Part shown: positions 13,249 through 27,863 of the stretch, one piece after another | Layout: the number at the start of each line of letters is the position of its first letter | Position numbering within the stretch: the first letter of the stretch is position 1 | DNA from: the human T2T-CHM13v2.0 reference genome, Homo sapiens | Assembly: GCF_009914755.1 (NCBI RefSeq) | Contig: NC_060934.1 | Reading direction: 5' to 3' (one strand) | DNA: 64,000 nucleotides | Position numbers and translations under genes: made by a program | The notes under the pieces: generated by a model | The model's database searches: none | Told to the model about the DNA's origin: nothing | The model's input: only the letters and a program-made list of their open reading frames with translations

Positions 13249-13862
13249 AAGAGTGTGTTCTTGAGTGAGCCACTTAACCACCCTGAATTGCAGTAGCCCT
13301 TTCCTCCCCAGGGTTGCTGTGATGATTGAAAAAGATCATTCACCAAGTATGGTGGGTGGTGCACAGAGCCGAGTTGTGATGAGCTGGGCTTCGGAAGCTG
13401 AGAGCCCTGGCTTGTATCCCAGCTCCATCACTTAGAGGATCTTGGCCCAGTCAGTTCACTCCTCTGACCTCTTTCAGGATTATCGAGGAGGTTAAGTAGA
13501 CCCCCAGGGGAAAGCACTAAACTGTAAATTAGAAGATCTCTGGGAGTATGTGCATCTTGAGTGCAGCTGAATGCTCAGTGCTTAGCATAGTTCTGGTGCA
13601 TGGCAGGTGCTCAAAAGATCAACTGTGGCAACCCAGTAAGCCCAGCTGGCCTTCACTTTACTTTCATTCAGTGAAGCAAGGAGCAGTGCCTGGTACACTG
13701 TAAGGAGGGGGTTAATGGCAGTGAGATATTACATGTAGAGCCGGTCCATACAAATGCTGGCATCGCCATGACCATCACAGACATACTTGCTCTCTGAACC
13801 TTTGGGGAACTTAGTCACCTGCCAAGACTGGAACAAAGATGGGCATTAAAATGCATACTTGG

Positions 13863-14170
13863 GGCCAGGCGCAGTGGCTTATGCCTGTAATCCCAGCACT
13901 TTGGGAGGCCGAGGCGGTTGTATCACTTGAGGTCAGGAGTTTGAGACCAGCCTGGCCAACATGAGGAAATCCTGTCTCTACTAAAAATACAAAAGTTAGC
14001 CAGGCGTGGTGGTGGGTGCCTGTGGACCCAGCTACTCGGGAGGCTGAGGCAGGAGGCTGGACCCAGGAGGCAGAGGTTGCAGTGAAGCGAGTTCATGCCA
14101 CTGCACTCCAGCCTGGGTGACAGAGTGAGACTCTGTCGCAAAAAAACAAAACAAAACAAAAAAAAAAACA
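13863..14170 (+). mobile_element. Alu (AluS-like)
   Basis: Starts ggccaggcgcagtggc and ends in an A-rich tail. Confidence 0.95.
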
Positions 14171-14439
14171 GACCCAAGCTGTGTCCATTTAACCCATGAG
14201 GCTTATTCCAGGCTTGGGGCTCCTGAGCACCTGTATCCCCTGGTAAAACCGCATAGTCTGGACTAGGCATGGGAGGAAGGTGAGGCAGACACTGGGATCC
14301 TCGAAGGTCATTGTTTTGTACAGACTTCTTAAGAGAAATCCCAGAACCTTGAGCACACGAAGCCCTAAAAGTGGGACTAATCTCAGGGTTGCTTTCCCTT
14401 GGAGTGTTGGGAGGGAGCACAACCATCAGGGTATGCTGG

Positions 14440-14474
14440 GTTTGTTGTTTGTTTGTTTGTTTGTTTGTTTGTTT
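14440..14474. repeat. (TTTG)n microsatellite
   Basis: Direct observation. Confidence 0.85.
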
Positions 14475-14713
14475 ATGCCTGCTTTCAATGTTCCCAATCT
14501 AGGAAAGACGCCTCTTCCCCTGGAATGGGAAAGCCCTACAGCTTGGGATCCTTTACCTCGGAGCCCAGATCCCCTGCTTGGAGGTGGCGGGAGCGGGCGG
14601 CTGGCAGAGGCCCTCAAGCAGCAGCCAGGTTTGTCCCCACCCCGCAATCTTGGACACCCCCACCTCCCCATGGGCCTGGAAGGCCGAGTGCCCAGGTCTG
14701 CGGGGGACCTCAC

Positions 14714-14870
14714 CTATATACTCGCCTCTGGCGAAGGGCAGGGCTGGGTGAACCGGCCTGGTTTCCTGCTCTACTGGAGGCGGCTCGTAGCTGTCATCAG
14801 CGTTCTCCTCGGCGGGCATCACGTACATCTCTGAGTCCGAGTGCTCATCTGGATTTTCATAGTCGCTGTC
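14714..14870 (-). CDS. BLNK: BLNK coding exon 5 (157 nt, DSDYENP...ARGEYI; Y72, Y84, Y96)
   Basis: cttgcag|GAC AGC...TAT ATA G|gtgagg. Acidic YxxP motifs. Peptide in ORF 14553..14876. Confidence 0.99.
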
Positions 14871-15316
14871 CTGCAAGTGCAGATGCAGACACTGTGCTCA
14901 GCATCCCCGTCTGTGCTGCCTGGCCATCAGGACCATTCCTGCCTTGGGAGGCCAGAGCAGTGACAGGAGACAAGGCTTGGAGAGGTTGACTTCAAAAGGC
15001 TAGGCAGCCGATAAGAGGCAAAGCTGGGGTTTGAAGCAGGCCTTTCTGCCTCCAAAGTTTATCGTCTCCACCACTGCACTGTCCTTGGGGGACACAGGAA
15101 CTACTTAACGCTAATGGGAGCTGACACTCTGTAGATCCACAACAAATAACAAGAGGAGATAATAAAACATATTTTTAAAAGATAGGAAAATGGCCCAATA
15201 AAATAGAATAACCAATGGGTTTTATCTATTATGAATGCTGATCACTGAAGAGAAAATAGGTTTAATACGAAGAGGGTGAGGAGACACACAGGGCCAGCTA
15301 GATATCTTTCAGATGA

Positions 15317-15859
<543 letters not shown>

Positions 15860-16222
15860 TGTTTTTTTAAAATCCACATTTCATTTAAGTCCACACTGAA
15901 AATACATTGTCACGGTCTGAAGTCCAAATGGCTTAGAAGGATATAAAGTGCAGTCTCCTTCTCAGCCTCTCTGCTTCTCACCGCAGAGGCAGAAAGAGTT
16001 ACTAGGTTTCTTGTGCATGTTTTTCAGAGGTAGTTTATGTATATACCGTTTGTACATATATTCATGTGGAGGAAATATTTGACTCAGGACATAAGAGGTC
16101 CTCTGGCCTCTGTGTCCACCGCCCTCACACTCTGCCTATCACATTGCATGATCTGTACATGACTTTCCACTTGCTCTTTGGCCTGTCGCCTTTCATAAGC
16201 AATTTTATATAGCAGGATTTTT

Positions 16223-16639
16223 TTTCCTGTTGGTCTTTAAAAAAAAAGAATTGTAGGGGTACATAGTAGGTATATATATATATGGGGTATATGAGATATT
16301 TTGAAACAGGCATACAACGTGTAGTAATAACATCTGGGTAAATGGGGTATCCATCACTCAAGCATTCATTTTTTGTGTGTGTTATAAACATTCCAATTAT
16401 ATTCTTTTAGTTATTTTTAAATGCACAATAAATTATTGTTGACTGTAGTTACCCTGTTGTCAAACACTAGGTCTTATTCATCCTAACTATATTTTTGCAC
16501 CCATTAACTGTCCCTGTTTCCCTCCCCCCACCCGCTGCCCCCTCGACCACCCTTCCCAGCCTCTGGTAAACATCATTCTACTGTCTGTCTTTATGAGTTC
16601 AAGTGTTTTAATTTTTAGCTCCTACAAATGAATGAGAAC
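16223..16639 (-). mobile_element. 5'-truncated L1 (L1MA-like) 3' UTR
   Basis: L1 3' UTR motifs flanked by a 16-bp TSD atatagcaggattttt (16207-16222 and 16640-16655). Confidence 0.85.
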
Positions 16640-16956
16640 ATATAGCAGGATTTTTGTTTAAAATCAAGAAATTCTGGAGGCTTTATTAACAAGCCTGGAT
16701 TTCATTCTGCGTGCAGTGGGGATCCATCTACTGAAGTCAAAAGAGCTGTGAGTGAATGCTTACTCAGTCTTTAGTACAGCTGGTATCTTCATTTTGGTTG
16801 TCTGATTTTGGGGCAAGTAATTCCTTCCTCTCCAGGCTGATTTTATTTTGTGCTTTCTAAGTTCCCTTGTGTGCTCTTTTTCATCCAGCCAGCTTGCTCA
16901 GTTTTCTTCTCTTACCTCTGCATGTGGACCAAGCAATTTCTTTGCTTTACATGTGG

Positions 16957-16957
<1 letters not shown>

Positions 16958-16997
<40 letters not shown>

Positions 16998-17019
16998 CGT
17001 GTGTGCACGCGCGTGCACA
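16958..17019. repeat. (TG)n microsatellite plus 18-bp perfect palindrome
   Basis: About 19 TG units, then tgtgcacgcgcgtgcaca (17002-17019). Confidence 0.9.
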
Positions 17020-17020
17020 G

Positions 17021-17034
17021 CCAGCAGGGGGCGC
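17021..17034 (+). promoter_or_regulatory. CTCF core motif, intron 4
   Basis: CCAGCAGGGGGCGC is an exact match to CCASYAGRKGGCRS, with its CpG retained. Confidence 0.75.
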
Positions 17035-18102
17035 AGCTGCAGTGCATCTCAGGGAGCTGCGGCTGCTGGGCCCCAGGAGGAGCTCCATGACCAAGAGATG
17101 GGCAGAAAAGTCACCCCTTCCCCTCATTTTTCTTTTCTTTTTCTGCAGTTGAAGAAGGAGGAACTCCTGTCTTCTGAGACTCTGTATAAACTCCAGGTAG
17201 TGTGCACAGCCCAGGGCTGGGCACAGGACTGGAGGTCTGAGTCCTGGGTTCTCATTCCACTGAACTGGGTGATTTTCATTCTCTTGGCCTCAGTTTTCTT
17301 ATCTGTGAAATGGGTATGTGGTTGTATGGAAGGCTTCTTGGATCCCTTCCAGATCTAAAACTCACAGGTTGGAGCAGGCTAACATTCTGGATGAATTTGA
17401 TATAAGTGAGGAATAATTATTGTGAAGAAAAGTTTTTAGGATGTCAGGCCTTGCACATTTCAGAGCTACCTCAAAGAGATAATTCTGATACAACATCCCC
17501 AGTGTCATCATGGCCAGGTCCCTCTCTCTGTGGCTCCGGAGCTCTGCTAATGTTCTCTTGATCACAGCAAGCACCTTGGTGGCAAAGAGCCTGGTCCTGA
17601 GATCTGAGGGCCTGGGTCTGAATTGTGGAACTGCAAGTGACTGAAACTTTCTATACCTTGGTCCTGGAGGCCCCCTGATGTGCCAGACACTTATTCTTTA
17701 GTTGTTGGTTCGTTTAGGGCTCCTGGGCAGGGGTCAGGCAGTGATGGGCACTGGGGAGTTTAGGGCAGAGGCATTTGCTAACTGATATGGAAACATTTAA
17801 ACATTTTTACACCTGTTTTGGATGTGCTGGTGAGTACTCTGAACACCAGCACTGAAGTTGGGCATAAGAACACCTACCTCAAAGGTTTAAATGAGGTTAT
17901 GTGTGGAAAGCTCTTAGCCAGGCGCACACTGAGTGCCAGTCAAGTCAGCTGGTATGCAGTATGCCTTGCCTGTAGGTGACCTTTCCAAGTCTTCCCTCTT
18001 GGGACGTGCGGCTGACCACCAGCATGTAATTCAGAAATAAGATCTTCAAAAGGCCTCCCATGGGACCCTGATGCCCTCCTGGTCCCAGGAGCAAATACTT
18101 AC

Positions 18103-18143
18103 AAAGTCATCGGACCACTGCTCCTCTTCGTCAGCGGGGCTCT
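18103..18143 (-). CDS. BLNK: BLNK coding exon 4 (41 nt, ESPADEEEQWSDDF)
   Basis: gttgcag|AG AGC...GAC TTT|gtaagt. Peptide visible in ORF 18046..18291. Confidence 0.98.
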
Positions 18144-18739
18144 CTGCAACAGCAGGGGAGAAGCAGAAGGCACAAGTGTGAGCCTCAGCTGGCCAGCCCC
18201 AGCCCATCCACACACATTTCGCACCTGCCTTCCCTTCCCTTTGGGCTTTCTGGTGCCATATACTTGACCTTGGGTTAGTTACTACAATCATATGTTCACT
18301 TGCTTTTGACTTTTTAAAAAATATTAATTCTCAAAGCATAGAGAGAAGTCCCACTGGGCAGAGCAATGTGCGTCTGATCCATGTGTGGGCTTTGTTAAGG
18401 GACATTTCTGGGTCCCCCAGTAGAGACCTACAATTCATACTATGTGGCTTCTAAGGACTTCAGAGGATGGCGTAGTAGGAACAGCACAGGACAGGGAATC
18501 AGACAGACCTAAGTTCTTATCCAGGCTCTGTTCCGAATGCGTTGGAGTGTGGGCAAGACCTCTAACATCTCTGAGCCTCGGTTTCCAGATCTATACAATG
18601 AGGGGATCATTTCTGTGATCATCTCTGGCTCTAACTTTGACTTTTCTTGTTAAAAAAAAATTATCCAATGTCTTAGTATGTGCCAGGCAATATTATCAGA
18701 GCTTTGCCGTCTTTTAGCCCTCTCAAAGATGCTGTGAGG

Positions 18740-19059
<320 letters not shown>

Positions 19060-19521
19060 CTAAACCTTGTGAGGAAACTGAGGCCTAGAGCAGATAAGTC
19101 ACATGCCCAAGGTCAGATAGTGTAATAAATGGCAGAGCCAGGAGTTGAACCCTACAGGTTGCCTTCCACGGGCATGCGCTGAGCCCCCACATGGTGCTGC
19201 CTCGCTCCAGGGGCAGGAGGTGCCGTCCTGGGCTCTGCATGGGCATAGAAAAATGGATATGACAGGTTGTGGCCCTTAAGTAGTTTATGAGCTTGTAGAA
19301 TAAAATAAGTCTGAATTATGACAGCCCAGGCGAATATTTGACCCCTTTCCCTCCAAAACACATTTAGAGTATGAGAAACTTAGCATCTAGCCTATCACAT
19401 AAACTGACCTTAGAGGTTAAACGGGATTCACTCTGCTGTGTAGGAATCAAGCAGACACAGGCCCATGTGGCAGAGTGGCTCCATGACAGCACCACAGAGG
19501 GTCCCAGCTCCCTCCTGCCCC

Positions 19522-19723
19522 GCTGAGCAGCCACTGCCACAGAGGATCCAGTGGATGTTCCTAAATTCCCCAGAACCTCAACAGAACCTTTTCTAGTTTT
19601 ATTTTTATGTTTTTGCTATTCCCAGCTGAGCAGCCACTGCCACAGAGGACCCAGTGGATGTTCCTAAATTTCCCAGAACCTCAACAGAACATTTTTTAGT
19701 TTTATTTTTATGTTTTTGCTATT
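19522..19723. repeat. 103-bp tandem duplication (2 copies)
   Basis: gctgagcagccactgccacagagga...tttttgctatt at 19522 and 19625, about 4 mismatches. Confidence 0.93.
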
Positions 19724-20105
19724 TCTACCCCTGCCACAGCAGACCACCGGACTCCAGAGAGTCATACATTTGGGGTCTCCAGAGGCACCAGCAAGGAATT
19801 GCAGAGGTGAAATGGGGTCAGGAAGGATACTGTGGGATCGGAGTGGCCACATTTTAAGCAATGGCGGCAGCAGCACCCTCTTTTGGGAAAAACATGATAG
19901 GTGCTAAGAAAGAGCCTCACTCTACAAGCCAAACATGGGTCACACTTTGACGTGAACAGAAAAGAATTCTTACATTATTCTTTGGGTTGACTAATGCTGA
20001 ATTAGAGTGTACTGCAATCACTGGGGTTGGCCAAGAAACTCTAGAAGATTGGGTGAATAAATCCTCTTCCCAATATGATTACCTGGCACAATGGGGGAGT
20101 ATGTT

Positions 20106-20420
<315 letters not shown>

Positions 20421-21219
20421 TAATACCTTAAGTCTGGGGATCACTGAAGATCAACACTTAAGATGGCAAGAGTTTTTGTAACAACCATTTAAATAGAAAC
20501 CCTTATAAAATGCATTTATGAAACCCACTTCCCTGCCTGGATAACTGCATTTGCTCCACCCTTTCTCAGTGAGTGGGGGCCTATTTTATGATCAGTCACT
20601 GGTGAAAGTAGTGCATTAGCCATCTAACTAGTGTCCCTGTCTCCATTATCTTTCTTCTCCAATCCATCCATCCTACCGTTTGTAGTTATTTTATTAAAAT
20701 AAAGTTTGGATTATGCTGTTCCTTTCCTTAAGAGTCATCAGTGACTCCCTATGGAATCAAGTAGAGGTTCTGTGGCAACACATTCCAATGCCTCCGCCTT
20801 CTGTCCCACCACCGATTTCTTGCGGCAGGCTCCCACGCTCACTAACAGTAACACCAGACAGCTTCCTCCTCCCGTTGTGCACTTTGCTGATTCTCTGCTC
20901 TGCTCGTGCCGTTCCTGCAGCCCATCTTCTTTCTTCCATGGAAATCCCTATCACTCCTCCTCCACAAAGTCTACCACAGTCTCTTGTCATAATCAATCAC
21001 TTCTTTTTCTGGGCCCTCTTGGAAGCTGGTGGCACCGTGATGTCACATGTACTTCGTTCTGTCCTGTGCTGTGATTAAGTTGTTCATGTCTCTCTGTACT
21101 GAAAATAAGGCCTATCTAATTTATCTTTGCATCTGGACAGAATTTTGCATTTGTAATTAATGTATTAATAAATGTGTGAACTAATAAATGACTCAAACAA
21201 AGGAACATTAGGATAGCAA

Positions 21220-22820
21220 CAATAGATTCCATTTACTGAACACTTCCTATGTGCTGGGTGCCAGGCTAAGTGTTATAAAAGTGTATTCTTATAACAGCAC
21301 TATGTGGTAGGTGTTATTTTTATCTCTATTTTACAGTGGAGAAACTTGGTTTTGAAAGAGGTTGTAAAACCTGCCTGAGGCTACTTGGCTAGTGAGTTTG
21401 GGAGCTGGGTTGGAAGCCAGGCTGTGTTGGCTCCTGCAGCTGAAATCTCATCTGAGCCACTTAGCCCTCTGCTGAGCACTTAGATAAAACTTTGGTGAAA
21501 CGAGAATGACCCAATCCAGACATCTTGGCACATGGAGACAGAAAAGAGAGAAAAGCATCATACGGTATGGGATAGAGGTTGTTTGTTGGTGCCCCATCGA
21601 TTCCTAGCTAGACTATCTACTTCAGGTCCCAAGTGCAACTCACAGCATCATATTCATAAAGTTACAGTCTTGCAGGCAATTGCCAAGACTAAAAAGCATG
21701 GGAGTCCAAGGTATTAGGTCCAAAACAGTAGTCAGTTTTCCAGTATCTCAGGGAGCTTCCCAAAGTGCACAGGTGGTAGTTTAGAGCCAGGCTTTCTAGG
21801 TTCAAATCCTGGCTCTGACCTTTACAAGCTGCTTGGTCTTGGACCAATAATTTAATATTGTTTAAAGCTTCATTTCCTCACCTGTAAAGCAAGGATAAGA
21901 ACAGTGCCTGTATCATATTTTTGTGAGAATCAGATAATAAAATACATCTGAAGCTCTTAGCAAAGCCTGGCACACAGTAATGCTTTAGTAATGTTACCGT
22001 CATCTTGAGCATTGCAAAGAATGCCTCAATTAACACTCAAAACACCACTGATTCTAATGTACTCCCACGTCAATCACACACTATGGCTACCACAAAGGCA
22101 TGGATCCAAGAAAGCCTCTATTGTAGTGAGTAAAATTTGGGGGAGAAGTTCAAGCTTCATGTGGGCCAGGTGGTTTGATTTTGTTTGTGTGATTCCATGG
22201 TCTCTGCCAGGAAGCTGAGATCCTGGGCGGGCCCTCTTGTCAGTTAAAGCCTTTCCTATGGTGTGGTTTACCTGGTTTGGGGCTTATGCTCCATTTACCA
22301 TGTCATAATCCCATGCCACACAATAGAGGGACTCCTCCCTTTGCCTGACCCAGGTTTTAAGATTCATGTAGCCCTCCCCAGCCTGTGGGCACAGCACCAG
22401 ACACAAGGAGATGTGAGAATGGCCACAGCGGCCCACATTTGGGCTTAAGCTCTGGGGTCAGACTGCCTAACTTAGAATCCTTATTCTGCCATTTTCTAGG
22501 AGTGAGATCTTAGCTGAATTGCTTCACCTCTGGGCCTCAGCTTCCCCTTTGCTAAAATGGACATTATTAATCGTGCTTAGAAGAGTATCTGACATAGAGT
22601 AAAGGGCTCAATGAATGTTAGCTATTACAATGAATTTACAGTCTCTGCAATTCTCAGAACAATCTAAAGGATAGGTATTCTTATCCCCAGGTCAGAAATT
22701 GGAGGCTCACTCAAATTACAAAACTGTTCCAAGTTCACACAGTGCTTAGGGAGCAAAGCCAGGATTCCATCCCAGGCCTAAAGGACCTCAGAGTCCAAGG
22801 TCTTCTCACCAAGCCATACT
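21220..22820. mobile_element. Cluster of MIR fragments
   Basis: MIR-like cores near 21230-21430, 21780-21990, 22450-22630 and 22660-22800. Confidence 0.6.
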
Positions 22821-23844
22821 TCATAATACAAATAAAGACTAAGGGCCAGAAGAATGACCACATGAGACTGAGGACAACTCAGGGCCATGTAGTTTTCTGA
22901 GAAATGTCCCCACACCTGGAATCATTGCCAGGAGCGGGGAAAGTTCAGAGAAAGGTGTGCCCAGTGACAGCCAAAAACTTGCATGAGGCCATGTGCCCGA
23001 GGTGGGGCCGAATGGGGCCTTGAAGGATGAGCAGGATTTGGGTGAGAGAATAAGGATGAAGGAGTGTGTCTTCCTCCATCATCTGAGAGAGGGGCTTATG
23101 TGTCAGCCCCAGAAGCAGGGCTTAGAGGCAGATGTGTGCAGAATGAATGCGCTGGGCTGGAGAGGGACAGGAGATTCTGCTGAGCGCTCACACAAATCTG
23201 ATGTGCTTCCGGCCAGTGGGGGCTCCAGCCATAGTGGATACCGCAGGCTCCAGTGACAAGCTGAGATGGGGAGCTGATGAGGTTGGTGTTTAGGAACTCA
23301 GGCATGGAAAGACGAAAGCTGATCCAGACCAGGGGGTCTGGGAATGGGAAGGGATGGCTGGAAGGACAGTACAGGACTCTGTGGTGGTGGCTGGGGCAAA
23401 GGGAGTATGAATCCAGCCTCTCAGTTCTGAGTCAATAGGAGCACCAGAGCCCCTGGGGCAGATGCTGGTGGCATCACAGCATGTCTGACATTCTGCCTCA
23501 GCTGCAGCCCTGATCCTGCTCTGGAGGCTACCCGGCCGCCAGACCCTGCCCATCTCTCCCCCAACAGAGCAGGTGGTGGCATGCAGGGAGCCAGTGGGAA
23601 GACCGCAGCAGGACACAGAAGGAAGGAAAGAGGGAGGGTGGGCCAGTTGTGGTGGTGGGGACAGACACCGAAAAGGAACAGAAAGCAGAACTACAGAGGC
23701 TGCAGGGGAGGCGGTGGGTGGCCAGTCCCACCAGTGCCGCCCTAAGAGGAGAAAGGGACATGATTTAATGTGGGGAACTGAGGACAAGACCCAGATTCAG
23801 GCTGGCTGAGAGAGGTGTTCTGAGTCTAAATACTTAACATCTTA

Positions 23845-24149
23845 GGCCAGGCATGGTGGGCTCACACCTGTAATCCCAGCACTTTGGGAGGCCAGGGCAG
23901 GAGGATCACTGGAGGCCGGGAATTTGAGAACACCCTGGACAACATAGTGAGACATAGTCTCTACAAAAAAGATTTTAGAAAATTAGCCAGGCATGGTGGC
24001 ACATGCCTGTGGTCCCAGCTACTCAGGAGGCTGAAGCAGGAGGATCACTTGAGCCCAGGAGGTTGAGGCTGCAGTGAGCCATGATTGTACCCCTGGACCC
24101 CAGCCTGGGTGACAGGGCGAGACCCTGTCTCAAAAAAAGAAAAAAGAAA
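23845..24149 (+). mobile_element. Alu (AluJ-like)
   Basis: Full Alu. TSD aaatactta(a/t)catc. Confidence 0.95.
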
Positions 24150-26202
24150 TACTTATCATCGTAGAAACTCCCTTTGTCTGTATGTCTATTCATCCCTTCA
24201 CAGGATCATTAACAGAGGGGTGGGGGTACAGCAATGGGGGACATAGTCCTGGCTCAGCCATCACCTCACTGCATGACCTCAGGAGTCACTTTGCCTCTCT
24301 GGTCTCCAGTTATTCCTAAAATGAGAAGCTTGGGTTGGGCAATCCTTCAGGAATTTCTAAGCTTTAAAATACCTTTGAGCCCAAGTGTCATTCCTCTATT
24401 CTTAGTTCCCTATGGCAGGACTGATGTTGGATATAGCTCTCCCATGTCAGCGTAAGACCAGTACCTCCAGGGGAATATGGACAGGGAGACAGAAAACCAG
24501 GTAAATGCTGGCTCCACTAGGAGCACCAGGCCCATGACAAAAGCAATGTTAAATCTCACTTCTTTAGTGGACAAAGGATTGTTATGCATACCCCATACTT
24601 CTGTGTGGGCATTTACCCAAGAATCCCTGTCCAAGTGCCTTCTTTGCTCTGGATTTTTATTTTTTCCATGTAAGTGAGTTTGCCACCCCTCCACCCTATA
24701 TTTGCTCTGATCTCCTCCCTGCGTGATAGCAGAGCCAGAGGAGTCACACGTGGACCTCCCAGGGATGCCACCCCATCAGAGCGCTGGACATCAGAGCCCA
24801 AGAGTGCAAGAGAGGGGCTCTGTTCAGTTCTGACTCCTCAAGGACTTGTGGGGTAACCAATGGGGCATCTGCAGTGATCCCAGCAGACTCTCGGGCACCA
24901 TGACTGGTCTCTCCCTGACCTCCATCCCCAGCCAGACCTCAGACTTCAAAGATACCGAAGGCTGTTCAACTGTGAAAGCTCAGGAACTGGGAAGCGAGTT
25001 CTTGCATTAATGTCAGGAGCTCTAGTGCCTTCAGAATAAGAAAAAAGTTCCCCCAAAAGCATGAACACTTGAGCTTGGGTCAAAGCAAGGAGCTGCAAAA
25101 TGGGAGTCTGGGATGGGTTTTCCTCTTAGTGGCTGCAGTCACCTTGGACAGGATACTTAATGTCCTTGAGACACATTTTCCTCATCTGCAAAACCGAGAT
25201 CGTAATTTCTATATAACGGTGCTAATGAGAAGATTAAATGAGATATGTCTGTGAAGAGCTTAGCTTAATGCCCAGAACAGAGTCAATACTCAACAGATTT
25301 TGGATATCTTCCCTTCCCACAGCAATGCCAGCTGCTTGGGGCAATGCATTCTGCCCAGTGGGCCAGCAGTTCCTTAGGGGCGATGTTTCCTCCTCAGGGA
25401 AAGACTGAACTGGGATTGCTGGGTCTGAACTGAAGGCAGCAGGCTCCACACTGGCCTGACCTGCATCCCTGGAGGAGACCCAGCTCTCCATTCTTTGTGT
25501 AATTCAAGCTTTGTCCTTCTGTACTCTAACTAGGGAAGAGGGTATGGTGACTCTTTTACTGACCTCCTGTGGGGCAGTTGCTGGTCCTTTCTATCCTCTG
25601 CTCTCTGAAGGTCAGCATCACCAAGGTCAACACACTCTTGGCTTAGAGGGTTTTGGGAAGCCATTTGTTTCCAGAACTGGAAAGAGGACATAAATCCAAT
25701 GTGTGGGGGGAAAATGGCTGGAGCATTTCAGGAGCCTTTGGTGGATCAAGTGCTCCATAGGGCACGTGATTGGCCTCCCAGGCTCAGGAGGTCTGGTGGG
25801 CTCTGGCCTCCACACACTACAGTTTCCAAGATCCTAAAGACTCCCCAGGTTCAGGAGGAGCTCTCAGGGCTGATTTCTGAGGCCCTGGACGTGCAGCTGT
25901 GCAGAAACCTCAAGGCTCAGGGGAAGCAGCTGGAAATGCTCCTGGGATGTGAACTGGGGTGGGGGAGAGAACGGCAAGGGAGGATGCTAACTGCAGGTGG
26001 TGATGGTGGTTTTGGACCATTTCCGGGGATTGAGTGTAAGAGCAGGGGAAACTGGGCAAGGCCCCAGTCATCTGGCAAAGCAATAAGATGCATTTCCGAG
26101 ACCCTGGAACATCAATGGATTTGCAGGGGTCAGGGATTGAGGGAATAAAATCTACTTGTCTTTCAGTTCAGGAAAGGCAATAGGGACAGAGATGGTGGTT
26201 TA

Positions 26203-26365
26203 TAGCAGGGTTTCTTAAATATGATTTACATTCAGATCCCCTGGAGATCTTGCTAAAATGTAAATTCTGATCCAGTAGTTCTAGGGTGGGGCCAAGATTC
26301 TGCATTTCTAACAAGCTCCAGATGAGGTTGATGCTATCTTGCTGGGAATCAAACTTTGTGTTGCA
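26203..26365. mobile_element. MER5-like hAT-Charlie DNA transposon
   Basis: Characteristic ctagggtggggccaagattctgcatttctaacaagctcc motif. Confidence 0.75.
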
Positions 26366-26759
26366 AAGGCTTAGAAGATCCTGTTGGGCCACACTTCTGC
26401 ATTCCAGGAGAGATTAAATGTTCTGACATCAAGACTATTTGGAAGGGTTCCAGGAAAGGGAGCAGGTGTCTGAGGACAAAAAAGAGAACACTTCAGAGCA
26501 TCAGGGATATTGGAAGATGTGAATGCCTAAAGCCAGGGAATGTTAGGAGAGGCTCACTTTATCACTGGGCCCTGAGCCCCAGAGATCTGTGTTTCTGCAG
26601 GAGTGCAGAATAATTAGTATTAGAGGGGACCTGACAGATCTTCTAGTTCAGGCCTGCATAATATAGATGAGGAAAGGAGCATGAGATGCCCAAGATTACA
26701 CAGCCAGTTAGTGGCTAAGCTGAAAGACCTTGTATGTGGGCTCAGTGGTTTGCAGTTCC

Positions 26760-27600
26760 TCTTGTTAGCAATGTAGAGCCATGAAAAGATTTAAAGAGAA
26801 TTTTATTTCAGAACAATTTTCTGGTGGAAGTTGAGAGGACCACATGCAATCAGGAATTAAGCAGATTACTTAGAGCCTTCTACCCTAGGACAAGCAAGAG
26901 ATGATGAAGGCCTTAGCTGTAGCAATGGGAATAGAGAGGGAAAAAATATTTAAGAGGCATTTAAGAGCAAATCAATGAGATTTGGAGATTAATTTTTGTA
27001 GAAGGTGAGGGAAAAGGAGGCATCAAGGTTGATCCCAAGTGTGTGGGTTAGGCAAAAGGATGAATAATAGATGGATGCTACCTCCCTTTTCCCCACGCAG
27101 AAATAAAGGGAAAGGAGAGGGCCTGGGTGGGTGGATCAGCAGGCAGACAGGTGAGTGTGAGGGGACAATCAGGAGGGAGGTCCACCCTGAAATCAGATAT
27201 GTCAGTCCACTTAGGTTTCCAACAATTGACTCTGAACTCCTGGAATCTGTGTCCAGCATCTCTGATGCTGTTGGTTCATCTAAAAGTGGCAAATATTCCT
27301 GCACATTTGTCCCCGAATCCTCAAATTAAATGTCACCTTCTCAGACAGATCTTCCCACACCACCTAAGCTCTTCTCCTACCCCACACTGATTCCCCACCA
27401 TTGCACTCTTCCATCTTCCCTCACAGCAAGTACCATGTTTGCTAATTTATATTTACCTGTTTGCTTTCTTGTTTCTTATCTGACTCCCCACTAGTCATTC
27501 AGCACTGTAAGGTCAGGGGTTGTATGTTGTTCCCCACTCCAGATCTAGCACAGTGACAGTCACACAGGACACACTCATGAAACACGTGTTGAATGAATCA
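26760..27600. mobile_element. L2 fragments
   Basis: L2 3'-end-like sequence ending gttgaatgaat near 27595. Confidence 0.55.
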
Positions 27601-27711
27601 GAAAATGTGCGAAACAGCTGAAGCACCTGGAGATGTTTATCCCAGAGAAGAAACCACTCAGATGGCCTAACTTCTTAATTCTCTCCTTTGAAGTTGCACA
27701 GGACAACTCTA

Positions 27712-27863
27712 TTTTTATTTTTCTTAATATTTTTTTCTTATATTTTAAGAGATGGGATCTCGCTATATTGACCAAGCTGGTCTTAAACTCCTGGCCTCAA
27801 GCAATCCTCCCATCTTGGCCTCCCAAAGTGCTGGGATAACAGGTGTGAGCCCCTGTGCCTGGC
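27712..27863 (-). mobile_element. Alu monomer (FLAM-like)
   Basis: Single left-arm-type monomer with a T-rich tail. Confidence 0.85.

Noticed and set aside
14280-14989. Two long + strand ORFs (184 and 196 aa) overlapping exon 5
   Set aside because: Antisense shadows of a GC-rich coding exon plus a (TTTG)n repeat, with no recognisable protein.
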